NCBI GenBank assembly: GCA_963806535.1
Contig: CAWDYC010000003.1
Location: forward strand, 384,001-448,000
DNA from: Candidatus Bathyarchaeota archaeon
GTDB lineage: Archaea > Thermoproteota > Bathyarchaeia > Bathyarchaeales > Bathycorpusculaceae
Direction: 5' to 3'
Length of the DNA: 64,000 bases
The notes beneath the pieces were generated by a model. The model saw nothing but the letters and a program-made list of their open reading frames with translations. It was not told the DNA's origin and did not search any database. This document shows positions 38,630-48,214 of this stretch, in pieces (position 1 is the first letter of the stretch; every line of letters starts with the position of its first letter). The position numbers and the translations under genes were made by a program.

Positions 38630-39972
38630 TCATTGCCTCTCCGAACAATTGAGCCACTACCTGCTTTAGCAACAATTTCGCCTTCATCAAAAACTAACAA
38701 GCCGTTTACGAAGGTTTTTGCAGGTTTACCTGAAACTTCCCAACCGTTGTAGGGTGAATATTTGGCTTTGGATTTGAATTTTGAAGCATCAATTTTGAAT
38801 TTTTGATTAAAATCCACGATTGTTAAATCTCCATTTTTTCCTTGTTCCAAGCGACCGCAGTCATTCAAAGCGTAAATTTCGGCTGGTTTCTCAGCTAAAA
38901 GTTTAACAACTTGGGATAAGGATAGCCTGTTCTTTCTTACCTGAGTCAACATAAGTGGCAAAGTAGTTTCTAATCCTGGAACACCGACTTTAACATCCCA
39001 AACGCTGCTTGCCGACTTCTCACCTAAAGCATGCGGAGCATGATCTGAACCTAAAGCATCAACCGAACCTGCCCCCAAGCCCTTCCATAAAGCTTCAATT
39101 TGGTACTTGTTTCTTATCGGCGGAGCCATAACTAGCATTTGACCATAATACTCCAATTCAGCGGTTGATAGCAGTAAGTGGTTAGGGGTTACTTCGCATG
39201 TTACTTTTCTGCCTAGTTTTTTAGCATCTGCTATAGCATTTAAGCTCTTTTCAGTTGAGATGTGACAAAAATGCAAGCGAACATCGGTTGAAGCACTTAT
39301 TTTCAATAGATGCTCAACTGCTTTCAGCTCAACATCTTCTGAATGTGCCGCCTGAAAAGCTGCAGGACTTGTTTTTTTGGCTTGCTGCAGTTTCTCCTCA
39401 TTTTTTGTTAGCAAAGCCTTGTCTTCGGCATGCGCTGCCACGGGCAGACCAAACTTTGCAACTTCTGTAAAACCATCGACTAACGCTTCATCATTATCAA
39501 TATTTAACCCACCGATTTGACAACCCATAAAAATCTTAAACCCAATTGCTCCTTCCGCAACTATATCTTTAATTTCTGAAGTTTTTTTTGGAAATTCGGA
39601 GTAAAACCCTACGTTAACAAGAACCTTTCTTGAGGCAGTCCACATGCGGTTTCTCAGAGTTTCAGAACTCATCGTGATAGGTTCGTTATTTGGCATATCT
39701 AAAACAGTAGTAAAACCCCCAGCGGCGGCGGCAGCGGTTCCTGTTTCAAAATCTTCTTTGTAAGCTTTACCTTCATCACGAAGGTGAACATGCTCATCTA
39801 TTAAACCTGGAAGAACTAAAAGATTCTTCAAGTTAGTTTTTTGGTCAGCACTTGGCATCTGGGTTTCTTTGCCGATTTTGAAGATTTTGCCCTCTTCAAT
39901 TGCCAGGCTGCAGTCGACGATTTGCCCGTTAAGGTAAGCTTTCGCATTTGTCAGGACAGAATCGACAATCAA
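38617..39972 (-). CDS. pyrC: Dihydroorotase
   Basis: PGLIDEHVH, DMPN, HAED, CEVTPNHL, SDHAPH. Confidence 0.9.
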   Translation of the reverse strand: MIVDSVLTNAKAYLNGQIVDCSLAIEEGKIFKIGKETQMPSADQKTNLKNLLVLPGLIDEHVHLRDEGKAYKEDFETGTAAAAAGGFTTVLDMPNNEPITMSSETLRNRMWTASRKVLVNVGFYSEFPKKTSEIKDIVAEGAIGFKIFMGCQIGGLNIDNDEALVDGFTEVAKFGLPVAAHAEDKALLTKNEEKLQQAKKTSPAAFQAAHSEDVELKAVEHLLKISASTDVRLHFCHISTEKSLNAIADAKKLGRKVTCEVTPNHLLLSTAELEYYGQMLVMAPPIRNKYQIEALWKGLGAGSVDALGSDHAPHALGEKSASSVWDVKVGVPGLETTLPLMLTQVRKNRLSLSQVVKLLAEKPAEIYALNDCGRLEQGKNGDLTIVDFNQKFKIDASKFKSKAKYSPYNGWEVSGKPAKTFVNGLLVFDEGEIVAKAGSGSIVRRGNECSS

Positions 39973-40170
39973 ATTGTTTCACAGTCATATTGATAGCGAG
40001 TTGATTGGTAATTAAGTTATTTATGGTGGAATATTGACTTAAATTTTGGAAGCGTTTTTTGTTGGCAACGCACATTTTAGTAAGCCATGGTCAGGTTGCA
40101 GTGACCTTTGATAAAAGGGCAAGAATTAGAGATCTTTATTTCCAGTTTGTTGGGCTAGAGAATCAAAGAA

Positions 40171-40770
40171 CTATTTTTCTTGATCAAGTTCTATTCTGCA
40201 TTCATCGCAAATATTTTGTCCATTTCGTTCTTTGAGACTTTCAGAATAAACGTTGCAGCGGTCGCAGTATCCAGAGAGCGGTACTTCTTCAGTTTCTTCC
40301 GTTCTCGCTTCGCCTTCGATGCGTGATCTTTCAAGAATTGTCTCTATTAATTCAGGCATTACACCTAAAACGTCTTTACTTGAGATTATGCCAACAAGGT
40401 TGCCTTTATAAATTACACCTAAACGTCTGATATCTAGCCGATTCATTCTTCGCGCGGCTTCAGTAATTGTCGCTTCAGGCTCAATCGTAACAAGGGGGGT
40501 TGTCATAATTTCTTTAGTTTTAATAGTATCTGGCTTTAGGTTTTTGGCTAAAACTCTGATGACTAAATCGCGTTCTGTGATTATGCCAATTGATTTTCCA
40601 GCTTCGTTTGTAACTATGATCGCACCTAAGTCTCCGCGGTCCATAGCAATTGCAACTTTGTTTGAACATTCGTTCTCATTAATAGTGACAACTGGACTAC
40701 TCATAACGTCTCTCACCAGCATTTTTGTTCTTAACCCGAGTTCAGACATTGCAAATTTCACTTCCGTCAC
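40171..40770 (-). CDS. CBS-pair protein with a C-terminal Zn ribbon
   Basis: VRDVMSSPV, GIITERD, CDRC...CDEC. Confidence 0.88.
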   Translation of the reverse strand: MTEVKFAMSELGLRTKMLVRDVMSSPVVTINENECSNKVAIAMDRGDLGAIIVTNEAGKSIGIITERDLVIRVLAKNLKPDTIKTKEIMTTPLVTIEPEATITEAARRMNRLDIRRLGVIYKGNLVGIISSKDVLGVMPELIETILERSRIEGEARTEETEEVPLSGYCDRCNVYSESLKERNGQNICDECRIELDQEK

Positions 40771-40900
40771 AATTTAGACAAACTTAACTTCATTCAACAA
40801 TAAAGAGCCGCATAATTTAAGATTTGCTTAACGGAAGGTTAGCCTGTGAAGTCTTATTAGATGGCTTACAGATAGGACACAATGCTGATGAGGAACTTTT

Positions 40901-41788
40901 ATGCTTAAAACAAACGTTGATAAACTCGTAAAAATGTCGGTTATTGGAGAAATAGCTAGCCCGACAATAAGATCAGTCTACAATGTTTCAGCGACGGGAA
41001 AACCGATGGTGTTACCTGGAGTAGGGGGTATAACCTACAATCTTAGAATCGGCGACTTAGCATGCGGTTGGGAAGCTGATCATGTAGAGCCAGGTGTAAG
41101 CGTGGAAAACAAAGAAAACGATTCTCGGTCAGGACAAGCAGCCAATATTGCTTTCAACGTGCTCTCATGCATTGGAAACAAAGCAATCGTTGTTAGCGGT
41201 GACGCAAAAAGCGCCGAAGGAGTTGTGACAGGTAAACACGGTGGAATAGAACATGTGTTAATCGATTTTCCAAAGGAGATTTTGGAAAAGCTTGTGCCCG
41301 GAGATAGAATTCTTGTAAAATCGTTCGGTATAGGCTTGAAATTTTTAGATTTTCCAGAAATTAAAGTTTTGAATATAGACCCAGCTTTGCTTGAAGCATG
41401 GAATCCTAAGCCCAATGGTGACAAGCTTGAGGTAGCAGTTACACATGTTGTTCCAGCGGCCATAATGGGTTCAGGTTTAGGAGCTAACCAAGTAAACTCA
41501 GGCGACTATGATATCCAATTGTTCGATGAAAAAATAGTTGAGCAATTTGGGCTAGAAAGTTTAAGACTTGGTGATTTGGTTGCAATTATTGACGCTGATA
41601 ACTCGTTCGGCAGAATTTATCGTCAGGGAGCTATTTCGATTGGGATAGTTATTCACACAAATTGTGTTACTGCGGGTCATGGTCCAGGAGTGACAACCTT
41701 AATGACTTCGACTGACGGGAAAATTATTCCTCAAATAAACGCGAAAGCTAATATTGCTTCTCTCCTAAACTTAAGAGCATATATATAA
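40901..41788 (+). CDS. DUF4438 family protein
   Basis: PGVGGITYN, DHVEPGVS, GKHGG, GDYDI, GHGPG. Confidence 0.8.
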   Translation: MLKTNVDKLVKMSVIGEIASPTIRSVYNVSATGKPMVLPGVGGITYNLRIGDLACGWEADHVEPGVSVENKENDSRSGQAANIAFNVLSCIGNKAIVVSGDAKSAEGVVTGKHGGIEHVLIDFPKEILEKLVPGDRILVKSFGIGLKFLDFPEIKVLNIDPALLEAWNPKPNGDKLEVAVTHVVPAAIMGSGLGANQVNSGDYDIQLFDEKIVEQFGLESLRLGDLVAIIDADNSFGRIYRQGAISIGIVIHTNCVTAGHGPGVTTLMTSTDGKIIPQINAKANIASLLNLRAYI

Positions 41789-41840
41789 GATAGTCTAATG
41801 AATAATTGGAAAAATAGAGAGGATAAGAGGTTAAAAATAA

Positions 41841-42131
41841 TTGCCATCTAAGCGTAAAAGCCGAGGAAGATCGAAAGGTAGCAAAGGAAGCGGCAGTCTT
41901 GTTCAATGCGCAAATTGTGGAGCACAAGTACCGCGGGATAAGGCAAAGAGGAACACTCGTCGTGTGTCGTTTGTTGAGCCTCAGTTAGCTAAAGAACTCA
42001 GGCAAAAAGGCACATATCTAGCTTCATGGGTGGATACAAAATATTATTGCATATCTTGTGCTGTTCACCGTGGAATTGTTAACGTTAGAGCTGAAGCTGA
42101 ACGTCACTCACGGGCTAAAAGAAGATATTAA
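41841..42131 (+). CDS. rps26e: 30S ribosomal protein S26e
   Basis: PSKRKSRGR, CANCG..VPRDKA, YCISCAVH. Confidence 0.95.
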   Translation: MPSKRKSRGRSKGSKGSGSLVQCANCGAQVPRDKAKRNTRRVSFVEPQLAKELRQKGTYLASWVDTKYYCISCAVHRGIVNVRAEAERHSRAKRRY

Positions 42132-42760
42132 ACAACTACGGCTTTTTTCTTTAATTCCTTGTAAACGTGAAAAGCTCTTTGTACCACTGTAAAGTTTGAA
42201 AGCACCGCCAACAAAAATATTCCAATACCTAAAGCAGGCAACCATAAAAACCCGATTATACTAACAGCGGCCAAAATAAGCATGCGTTCTGCACGTTCAG
42301 CCAGGCCTACCGACTCCATTTTTATTCCTGCTGCTTCAGCTCTTGCACGTGTGTAGCTTACCAGTAAAGAGCCGGATAATGCTGCTAAACCCCATACGGC
42401 ACCCCAAGTTGATCCCCAAAATGAACTGCTTAATCCAGCAATTATAATGGCTGTAAAAACAGCTGCATCAGCGTACCTGTCAAGAACCGAATCAAAAAAG
42501 CCGCCAAACACTGTGGTTTGATTGAAAGTTCTTGCTATGATACCGTCAAGTGTATCGCAGAATCCAGAGGCTAAAAGCAGAACTGTTGCCAATAGGAGAA
42601 GCCACTGGAAATTTTGGGCCATGAAATAAGCTACGGCGGATGCTAAAGCAAAAATGAACCCTATTATGCTTACTTTATTTGGAGTTAAGCCTATTTTATG
42701 GGCGGCTGCTGCTTGCGAAGTCAGCATTTGTTGGACTTTTTTCTTCAATTTAGTAAGCAA
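42128..42760 (-). CDS. CDP-alcohol phosphatidyltransferase (archaetidylinositol phosphate synthase-like)
   Basis: DTLDGIIAR...GGFFDSVLDRYAD, SYTRARAE, ERAER. Confidence 0.9.
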   Translation of the reverse strand: MLTKLKKKVQQMLTSQAAAAHKIGLTPNKVSIIGFIFALASAVAYFMAQNFQWLLLLATVLLLASGFCDTLDGIIARTFNQTTVFGGFFDSVLDRYADAAVFTAIIIAGLSSSFWGSTWGAVWGLAALSGSLLVSYTRARAEAAGIKMESVGLAERAERMLILAAVSIIGFLWLPALGIGIFLLAVLSNFTVVQRAFHVYKELKKKAVVV

Positions 42761-42977
42761 GTTAACTCGACTTGTTTTACGTGTTAAAGCTCAATATAGA
42801 GTGGCTGTAGAAAAGGCTTTCCAGTTAACGTGTTGACCGCTTTCTATTAAGCAACGACTTTTCAATGGGCTTATAAGGAAGTAATATTATTATTTTGAAT
42901 TAACGTTTCCGTTACAAATCAAAAGCATGTAACTGAAAACGTCAGACGAAGCACACAACTAAAAGGAGAAAAAGAAA

Positions 42978-43265
42978 ATGACTGAAAATGCAGATGTTAT
43001 CTTCGTGGGAAATAAACCTCCAATGAGTTATGTTCTGGCAATCATAACAAGCCTCTCAGCAAGCAACTTGAAAGAAATTACTTTGAAAGCTCGAGGACAA
43101 GCAATAACCACCGCTGTTGACGTAGCTGAGATCACAAGAAACCGTTTCGTTAAAGACCTTAAAGTTGCAAAGATTGTTATCGGAACAGCCGAGATGCCAC
43201 CTCGTGAGGGAGAAAGCAAGTCCAGAATGGTTTCCACAATGGAGATAACCTTAAGCAAAAAGTAA
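42978..43265 (+). CDS. albA: DNA/RNA-binding protein Alba
   Basis: VGNKPPMSYVLA, KARGQAITTAVDVAE. Confidence 0.95.
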   Translation: MTENADVIFVGNKPPMSYVLAIITSLSASNLKEITLKARGQAITTAVDVAEITRNRFVKDLKVAKIVIGTAEMPPREGESKSRMVSTMEITLSKK

Positions 43266-43445
43266 GACTGGACAATCAAACAAGAAATTAAAAAAAATCC
43301 AAACTTACTTCTTCTTATTTTTTAGTACTCTAGGAAAAAGGCTTTCGTTGGTTTATTTATCTCGACGCACACATGACCATGATTGTTGAATCGTAAGGTT
43401 AAATAGCTGATTTTGTTAGTAAAAGAATTACTCAGTGTGAGGGCA

Positions 43446-44735
43446 ATGTTGGACATCAAGCTAATCCGTGAAAATCCTGATCTTATCAAAACCAATTTAG
43501 CAAAACGCGGCAATCCAGAATGCCTCCAAAAGCTAGAGGATTTAGTCGCCGTTGACAAGGAATGGCGAATAAACCTAACAAAATTAAACGAACTACGCCA
43601 CCAACGCAAGCAAATAACCATAGAAATCGCTAAACTCAAAAAAGCCGGCAAAGAAGCTGACAACGAAGTCCACAGCGCCCAGGACATAGACTTAAAAATA
43701 AGAGATGTTGAGAGGCAAGTAAGCCAGGAAGAAGAAAAGACTCATTCTTACCTTATGCAGCTCCCAAACCTACTCGACGACACTGTTCCTCTTGGAAAAG
43801 ATTCAAACGATAATGTTCAGGTAAAGACTTGGGGAACAATTCCAACGTTTAATTTTCCGATAAAAAATCATATAGACCTGGCTTTGGAATTGGATCAAAT
43901 TGACATGGAAAGAGCCGGTAAAATCTCCGGCGCCCGATTCTTCTATCTCAAAAACCAGGTTGCTCGACTAGACATGGCGTTGATGAGCTTGGCCATTGAA
44001 TTGTTAACAAAAAAAGGTTACACTCCAATTATTCCACCCTTATTGATGACGAGGAAAGCCTACGAAGGAGTAACAGCGCTGGGCGACTTTGCAGATGTCC
44101 TTTACAAAGTGGAAAACGAAGACCTATACCTCATCGCCACTTCCGAGCATCCTATGGCTGCAATGTACATGGATGAGGTGTTGAAAGAGCAGGATATGCC
44201 GTTGAAACTTGCTGGCATAAGCACTTGTTTTAGAAAAGAAGCAGGAGCTCACGGCAAAGATACAAGAGGAATATTCCGCACACACCAATTCAACAAGATA
44301 GAACAATTTATCTTTTGCAAACCCGAAGACTCAGCTAAGCTACATGAGGAACTGCTACTGAACGCAGAAGAGTTCCTTCAGAAACTTGAATTGCCGTATC
44401 GTGTCGTCAACGTTTGCACAGGCGACATAGGTACTGTTGCCGCCAAAAAATACGACATTGAAGCTTGGATGCCAGCACAAAATGGTTACCGCGAAGTCGT
44501 ATCCTGCAGCAACTGCACCGACTATCAAGGAAGACGTTTAGGTATCCGGTACAGGGAAAAAGAAGGTGCACCAACCAAAGGATTTGTTAACACTTTAAAC
44601 TCTACCGCCGTAGCAACTGGCAGAACCATAGTTGCCATTTTGGAGAATAATCAGCTAGAAGACAGCTCAGTAAACATACCTGAGGCTTTAAGAAAATATA
44701 TGGGCAATACAGATAAAATTGAAAGAAAACGCTAA
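43446..44735 (+). CDS. serS: Seryl-tRNA synthetase
   Basis: MLDIKLIR, LIATSEH, FRKEAG, SCSNCTDYQ, LNSTAVA. Confidence 0.97.
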   Translation: MLDIKLIRENPDLIKTNLAKRGNPECLQKLEDLVAVDKEWRINLTKLNELRHQRKQITIEIAKLKKAGKEADNEVHSAQDIDLKIRDVERQVSQEEEKTHSYLMQLPNLLDDTVPLGKDSNDNVQVKTWGTIPTFNFPIKNHIDLALELDQIDMERAGKISGARFFYLKNQVARLDMALMSLAIELLTKKGYTPIIPPLLMTRKAYEGVTALGDFADVLYKVENEDLYLIATSEHPMAAMYMDEVLKEQDMPLKLAGISTCFRKEAGAHGKDTRGIFRTHQFNKIEQFIFCKPEDSAKLHEELLLNAEEFLQKLELPYRVVNVCTGDIGTVAAKKYDIEAWMPAQNGYREVVSCSNCTDYQGRRLGIRYREKEGAPTKGFVNTLNSTAVATGRTIVAILENNQLEDSSVNIPEALRKYMGNTDKIERKR

Positions 44736-44785
44736 ACCTTTTAATATTTCTATGAGTATGTTGATGCGCGTTTGGAGAAATTAAT

Positions 44786-45415
44786 TTGTCTTCAAAAACT
44801 AAACATATTAGAGATAAATGGCGTGGAAAAGGATGGTATATGGTTGTTGCACCGTCCTTCTTTGGCAACATTGAGTTAGGCTCCATTCCAGCTCAAGAAC
44901 CAGAGCAACTCATCGGCAGAGTTGTAGAAGCAACTCTATACGATATTACAGCTGACTTTTCACATCACTATTTGAAAATGTTCTTCCAAGTTAACGAGAT
45001 TGACCAAAAAACCGCAAAGACCCTGTTTAAAGGACACGAATACTCAAGGGATTATCTTCGAAGCTTGGTCAGAAGAAGAACAACAAAAGTTGATTCACTA
45101 ATTAACCTAACCACAAAAGACGGCTACAAACTCAGGATTGCAGTTTCAGCGTTGACACTTTCTAGAATAAAGACTTCACAAGAAAAAATAATTCGCAAAT
45201 TAATGGACACAACAATACATCAAAAAGCCGCGGCATTATCGCTTGACCAATTCGTTCAAGAAATGGTTCTTGGAAAAATCGCTTCAGACATCTACAATCA
45301 AGCAAAGGAAGTTGCTCCACTAAGACATGTTGGCATAAGAAAATCTAAACTATTAGCAGCGCCGGCAGCGATACCTCAAGCAGCACCAAAAGAAGAAGCG
45401 CCAGTTCAAGCATAA
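44786..45415 (+). CDS. rps3Ae: 30S ribosomal protein S3Ae (eS1)
   Basis: RDKWRGKGWY..APSFF, GRVVEATLYD, RDYLRSLVRR. Confidence 0.95.
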   Translation: MSSKTKHIRDKWRGKGWYMVVAPSFFGNIELGSIPAQEPEQLIGRVVEATLYDITADFSHHYLKMFFQVNEIDQKTAKTLFKGHEYSRDYLRSLVRRRTTKVDSLINLTTKDGYKLRIAVSALTLSRIKTSQEKIIRKLMDTTIHQKAAALSLDQFVQEMVLGKIASDIYNQAKEVAPLRHVGIRKSKLLAAPAAIPQAAPKEEAPVQA

Positions 45416-45511
45416 CCAAACTTTTTTTATTTCATATTCTTTTATTTGGCGAAATACTTTAAACCACAGTTTAAGCTACAATTCTTCCCGTTAACAGAAG
45501 GAAGTATTTAG

Positions 45512-45970
45512 TTGTCAACGAACGCGGGAGTACATGAAAAAGGAACCTTTTCAGCTCAAGATACCATAAATAATATCAAAAAAGACCCCAACTACCACAA
45601 AGCTGGTGCAATAGGACTTTTTATCGGAGTGGTAAGAGGCGAGACTCTGGAAGGAGAAAAAGTCGAGAAACTAGAACTTGAAGCCTATGAAGAAAAAGCA
45701 AACCAAGTTCTCGTCAAAATCTGCGATGATCTAACTCAGAAACCTGGAATAGTCAACGTTCAAATCCATCATTTACTCGGCGAATTTAATGTTGGAGACG
45801 ACTTGGTTTATGTTGCAGTTGCAGGATCCCATCGAACAGATATTTTCCCAGTCCTAAGAGAAGCCGTTGAGAGATACAAGAGTGAAGCACCAGTATTCAA
45901 AAAAGAACAAATAGTCAACGAAAAAGGCGCTTCTTCTCAATATTGGGTTTCAGAAAAACACAAACATTAA
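45512..45970 (+). CDS. moaE: Molybdopterin synthase catalytic subunit
   Basis: GAIGLFIGVVR, LEAYEE, HR, APVFKKE. Confidence 0.9.
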   Translation: MSTNAGVHEKGTFSAQDTINNIKKDPNYHKAGAIGLFIGVVRGETLEGEKVEKLELEAYEEKANQVLVKICDDLTQKPGIVNVQIHHLLGEFNVGDDLVYVAVAGSHRTDIFPVLREAVERYKSEAPVFKKEQIVNEKGASSQYWVSEKHKH

Positions 45971-45997
45971 ACTTCTAAAAAACGCAGATGGAAAGCT

Positions 45998-46918
45998 ATG
46001 ATTACAGCTTTAGCAGGCGGCGTTGGCGCAGCCAGATTTTTAACAGGCCTATTGAAGATTGTTAAAGAAGAAAACCTCTCAGTTATCGTGAATACTGGCG
46101 ATGACATCGAAATGTTCGGGTTGCATATTTCGCCAGATGTAGATATTGTATCATACACTTTAGCGGGTATTGTTGACGAAGAAAAAGGTTGGGGAATAAA
46201 GGGTGATACTTTTCAAGCATTGGGAATGTTGAAAAAACTTGGCTTAGAAACATGGTTTGCGTTAGGTGACAGAGATTTCGCTACGCATATTTTTCGAACA
46301 GATTTGCTGAAAAGGGGTTTTACACTTTCTCAAGCAACCAACGAAATCTGCAAGGGTTTGGGTCTTAAAGTTAAGCTTCTGCCGATGACCAATGATAAGT
46401 TTCAAACGTGGATAAAAATTGATGAAGGTTCAATCCATTTTGAGGAATATTTTGTAAAAAGAAGATCCAGCGAAAAGGTTTTGGGAATTGAATTTGCTGG
46501 CGCCGAGTCCGCTAAACCTTCACCTAAAGTGATAGATTCAATTTTGGAAGCAGAGGTGATTATTATTTGCCCTAGCAATCCGATTGTAAGCATTGGCACT
46601 ATACTATCGGTAAATGGAATAAGGGACGCGTTGAGAAAAACAGAAGCAAGAGTTGTTGGAGTTAGCCCTATCGTTGCAGGTGCTCCAATTAAGGGTCCTG
46701 CAGACAAAATAATGCGAGGTTTAGGTTTTGAGGTTTCAGCTTTTGGTGTCGCTAAGCTATACAGTGATTTTCTAGACGCATTTGTAATTGATAATTTGGA
46801 TGCTGCAGAGAAGGATCGCATTGAGAAACTCGGAATTCAAGTGAAGACAACCAACACTGTTATGAAGAAGTTAGAAGATAAAGTTCAGTTAGCTAAAGTT
46901 GTTTTAGAAAAATCATAA
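45998..46918 (+). CDS. cofD: 2-phospho-L-lactate transferase (F420 biosynthesis)
   Basis: GGVGAARF, NTGDD, SPDVD, LGDRD, PSNPIVSI, GPAD. Confidence 0.93.
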   Translation: MITALAGGVGAARFLTGLLKIVKEENLSVIVNTGDDIEMFGLHISPDVDIVSYTLAGIVDEEKGWGIKGDTFQALGMLKKLGLETWFALGDRDFATHIFRTDLLKRGFTLSQATNEICKGLGLKVKLLPMTNDKFQTWIKIDEGSIHFEEYFVKRRSSEKVLGIEFAGAESAKPSPKVIDSILEAEVIIICPSNPIVSIGTILSVNGIRDALRKTEARVVGVSPIVAGAPIKGPADKIMRGLGFEVSAFGVAKLYSDFLDAFVIDNLDAAEKDRIEKLGIQVKTTNTVMKKLEDKVQLAKVVLEKS

Positions 46919-46963
46919 ACTGAAAATATATAGACTAAATAAGAGTCTATATACTATTAGGAC

Positions 46964-47095
46964 ATGTTAAATAAGCCAGAAAAGAGCCTTTTTACTCAAG
47001 AGAGCCATGCAAAAGAAGAAATTAAAAAAGAAGTATCGGGAACTCGAAGTTCCATGTTATTTCAATCACATCTGATGAGTGGATACACAGTTTAG
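46964..47095 (+). CDS. Putative 43-aa small protein
   Basis: ATG...TAG, MLNKPEKSLFTQESHAKEEIKKEVSGTRSSMLFQSHLMSGYTV, downstream of TATA-like AAAATATATAG. Confidence 0.4.
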   Translation: MLNKPEKSLFTQESHAKEEIKKEVSGTRSSMLFQSHLMSGYTV

Positions 47096-47107
47096 AGGGG
47101 AGAAATT

Positions 47108-47200
47108 GTGAAGGGAGATAATATAGAAGAAAACAAAGCAGAGGCTAAAAAGGCTGATCTTTTAGATTGGCTTTTGGCAATTGATGCATCTGTGCCATGA
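47108..47200 (+). CDS. Putative 30-aa small protein
   Basis: GTG start after a strong AGGGGAG Shine-Dalgarno; MKGDNIEENKAEAKKADLLDWLLAIDASVP. Confidence 0.45.
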   Translation: MKGDNIEENKAEAKKADLLDWLLAIDASVP

Positions 47201-47304
47201 CATATTCAAGAAAAAAAATTTGGGGAAAATATGTCTGTAAACAAAATAGGGGTTACTACCTATTTTAGAAGAAGGGTTATATTTCAAGCCCATTAAATAA
47301 TTAC

Positions 47305-47985
47305 ATGGTGATAATAGTGGAGAGAAAAAGCTACGATTGGTTTGAGCAACGGCGCAAAACAAGAGGATTAGAGCTTGCCCACGACCAAATAACCAAAGCT
47401 TTTGACACAGTAACTTGGCTACATAAAGCTACTAAAAGCTTTTCCGAAAAGAATTTCGTTGAAACCCAAAAATACATTGATAACTTGTATAAGACAGAGG
47501 AAGGCGTTGATTCACTTCGAACTGATGTCTTTATGGAGCTATCGAAAGGTGCAGCTCTTGTCGCAGACTACCGAGAAGACCTTTTACACCTTGTTAAACG
47601 TTTAGATACATTAGCAGACCACACGAAAGATGCTGCGAGATGTCTTGAAATGCTTTCTGGAGCAGACATTCCTCAGGAATTAACTGACAAAACGGTTTTT
47701 ATGACTGGAAAACTTGTCGACACCGCTCAGACACTAAGAAGCAGCATAGAAAAAATCTCATCTGACCCTAACGAAGCCATAAAAGAAGCAAAACAAGTTG
47801 GCGACATCGAACACGCAATTGACATTGAATATCTAAAAACTAAAAGCTTATTCGTAAAGTACGGTGCAAGCATAAACTGCGGAGCCATGGTAATATTTGA
47901 TGACCTAATCGAATTCATAGAGCAAGCAGCAGACATGTGTGCGGATACAGCAGACTACATCTTGATACTTTCAAGCAGAGAATAA
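47305..47985 (+). CDS. DUF47 / PhoU-like phosphate transport regulator
   Basis: EEGVDSLR, REDLLHLVKRLD.LAD, IEHAID, EQAADMCAD. Confidence 0.88.
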   Translation: MVIIVERKSYDWFEQRRKTRGLELAHDQITKAFDTVTWLHKATKSFSEKNFVETQKYIDNLYKTEEGVDSLRTDVFMELSKGAALVADYREDLLHLVKRLDTLADHTKDAARCLEMLSGADIPQELTDKTVFMTGKLVDTAQTLRSSIEKISSDPNEAIKEAKQVGDIEHAIDIEYLKTKSLFVKYGASINCGAMVIFDDLIEFIEQAADMCADTADYILILSSRE

Positions 47986-48059
47986 AATCCCTTTATTATT
48001 TTATTTTTAATCTTAAATTGCCAAAAAAATTGAACTGATAAGAACAGTTTTTTTGGTAG

Positions 48060-48077
48060 TGGCGGGCCCGCTGGGAT
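48060..48077 (-). repeat. att duplication of the 3' 18 nt of tRNA-Arg(GCG)
   Basis: Identical to 52175-52192. Confidence 0.9.
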
Positions 48078-48101
48078 GCGCTTAATTATTTAAGCGAATC
48101 C
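48070..48101. repeat. 32-bp palindromic site, inverted copy of 52104-52135
   Basis: Reverse complement GGATTCGCTTAAATAATTAAGCGCATCCCAGC versus GGATTCGCTTAAACTATTAAGCAAATCCCAGC (28/32). Confidence 0.85.
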
Positions 48102-48214
48102 TTCACAAACGAGCCAGATTTGACTAAACGGGTATGATTCCTCACGCTAAAACTTAATTATTAAAGAAAATTTTCATGAATTTTGACCTATCGCCGGCTC
48201 ACTTGTAGGTCCAT

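Noticed and set aside
39973-40170. Possible ncRNA in the 200-bp gap between pyrC and the CBS gene
   Set aside because: Only a 5-bp hairpin; no C/D boxes or extended structure seen.
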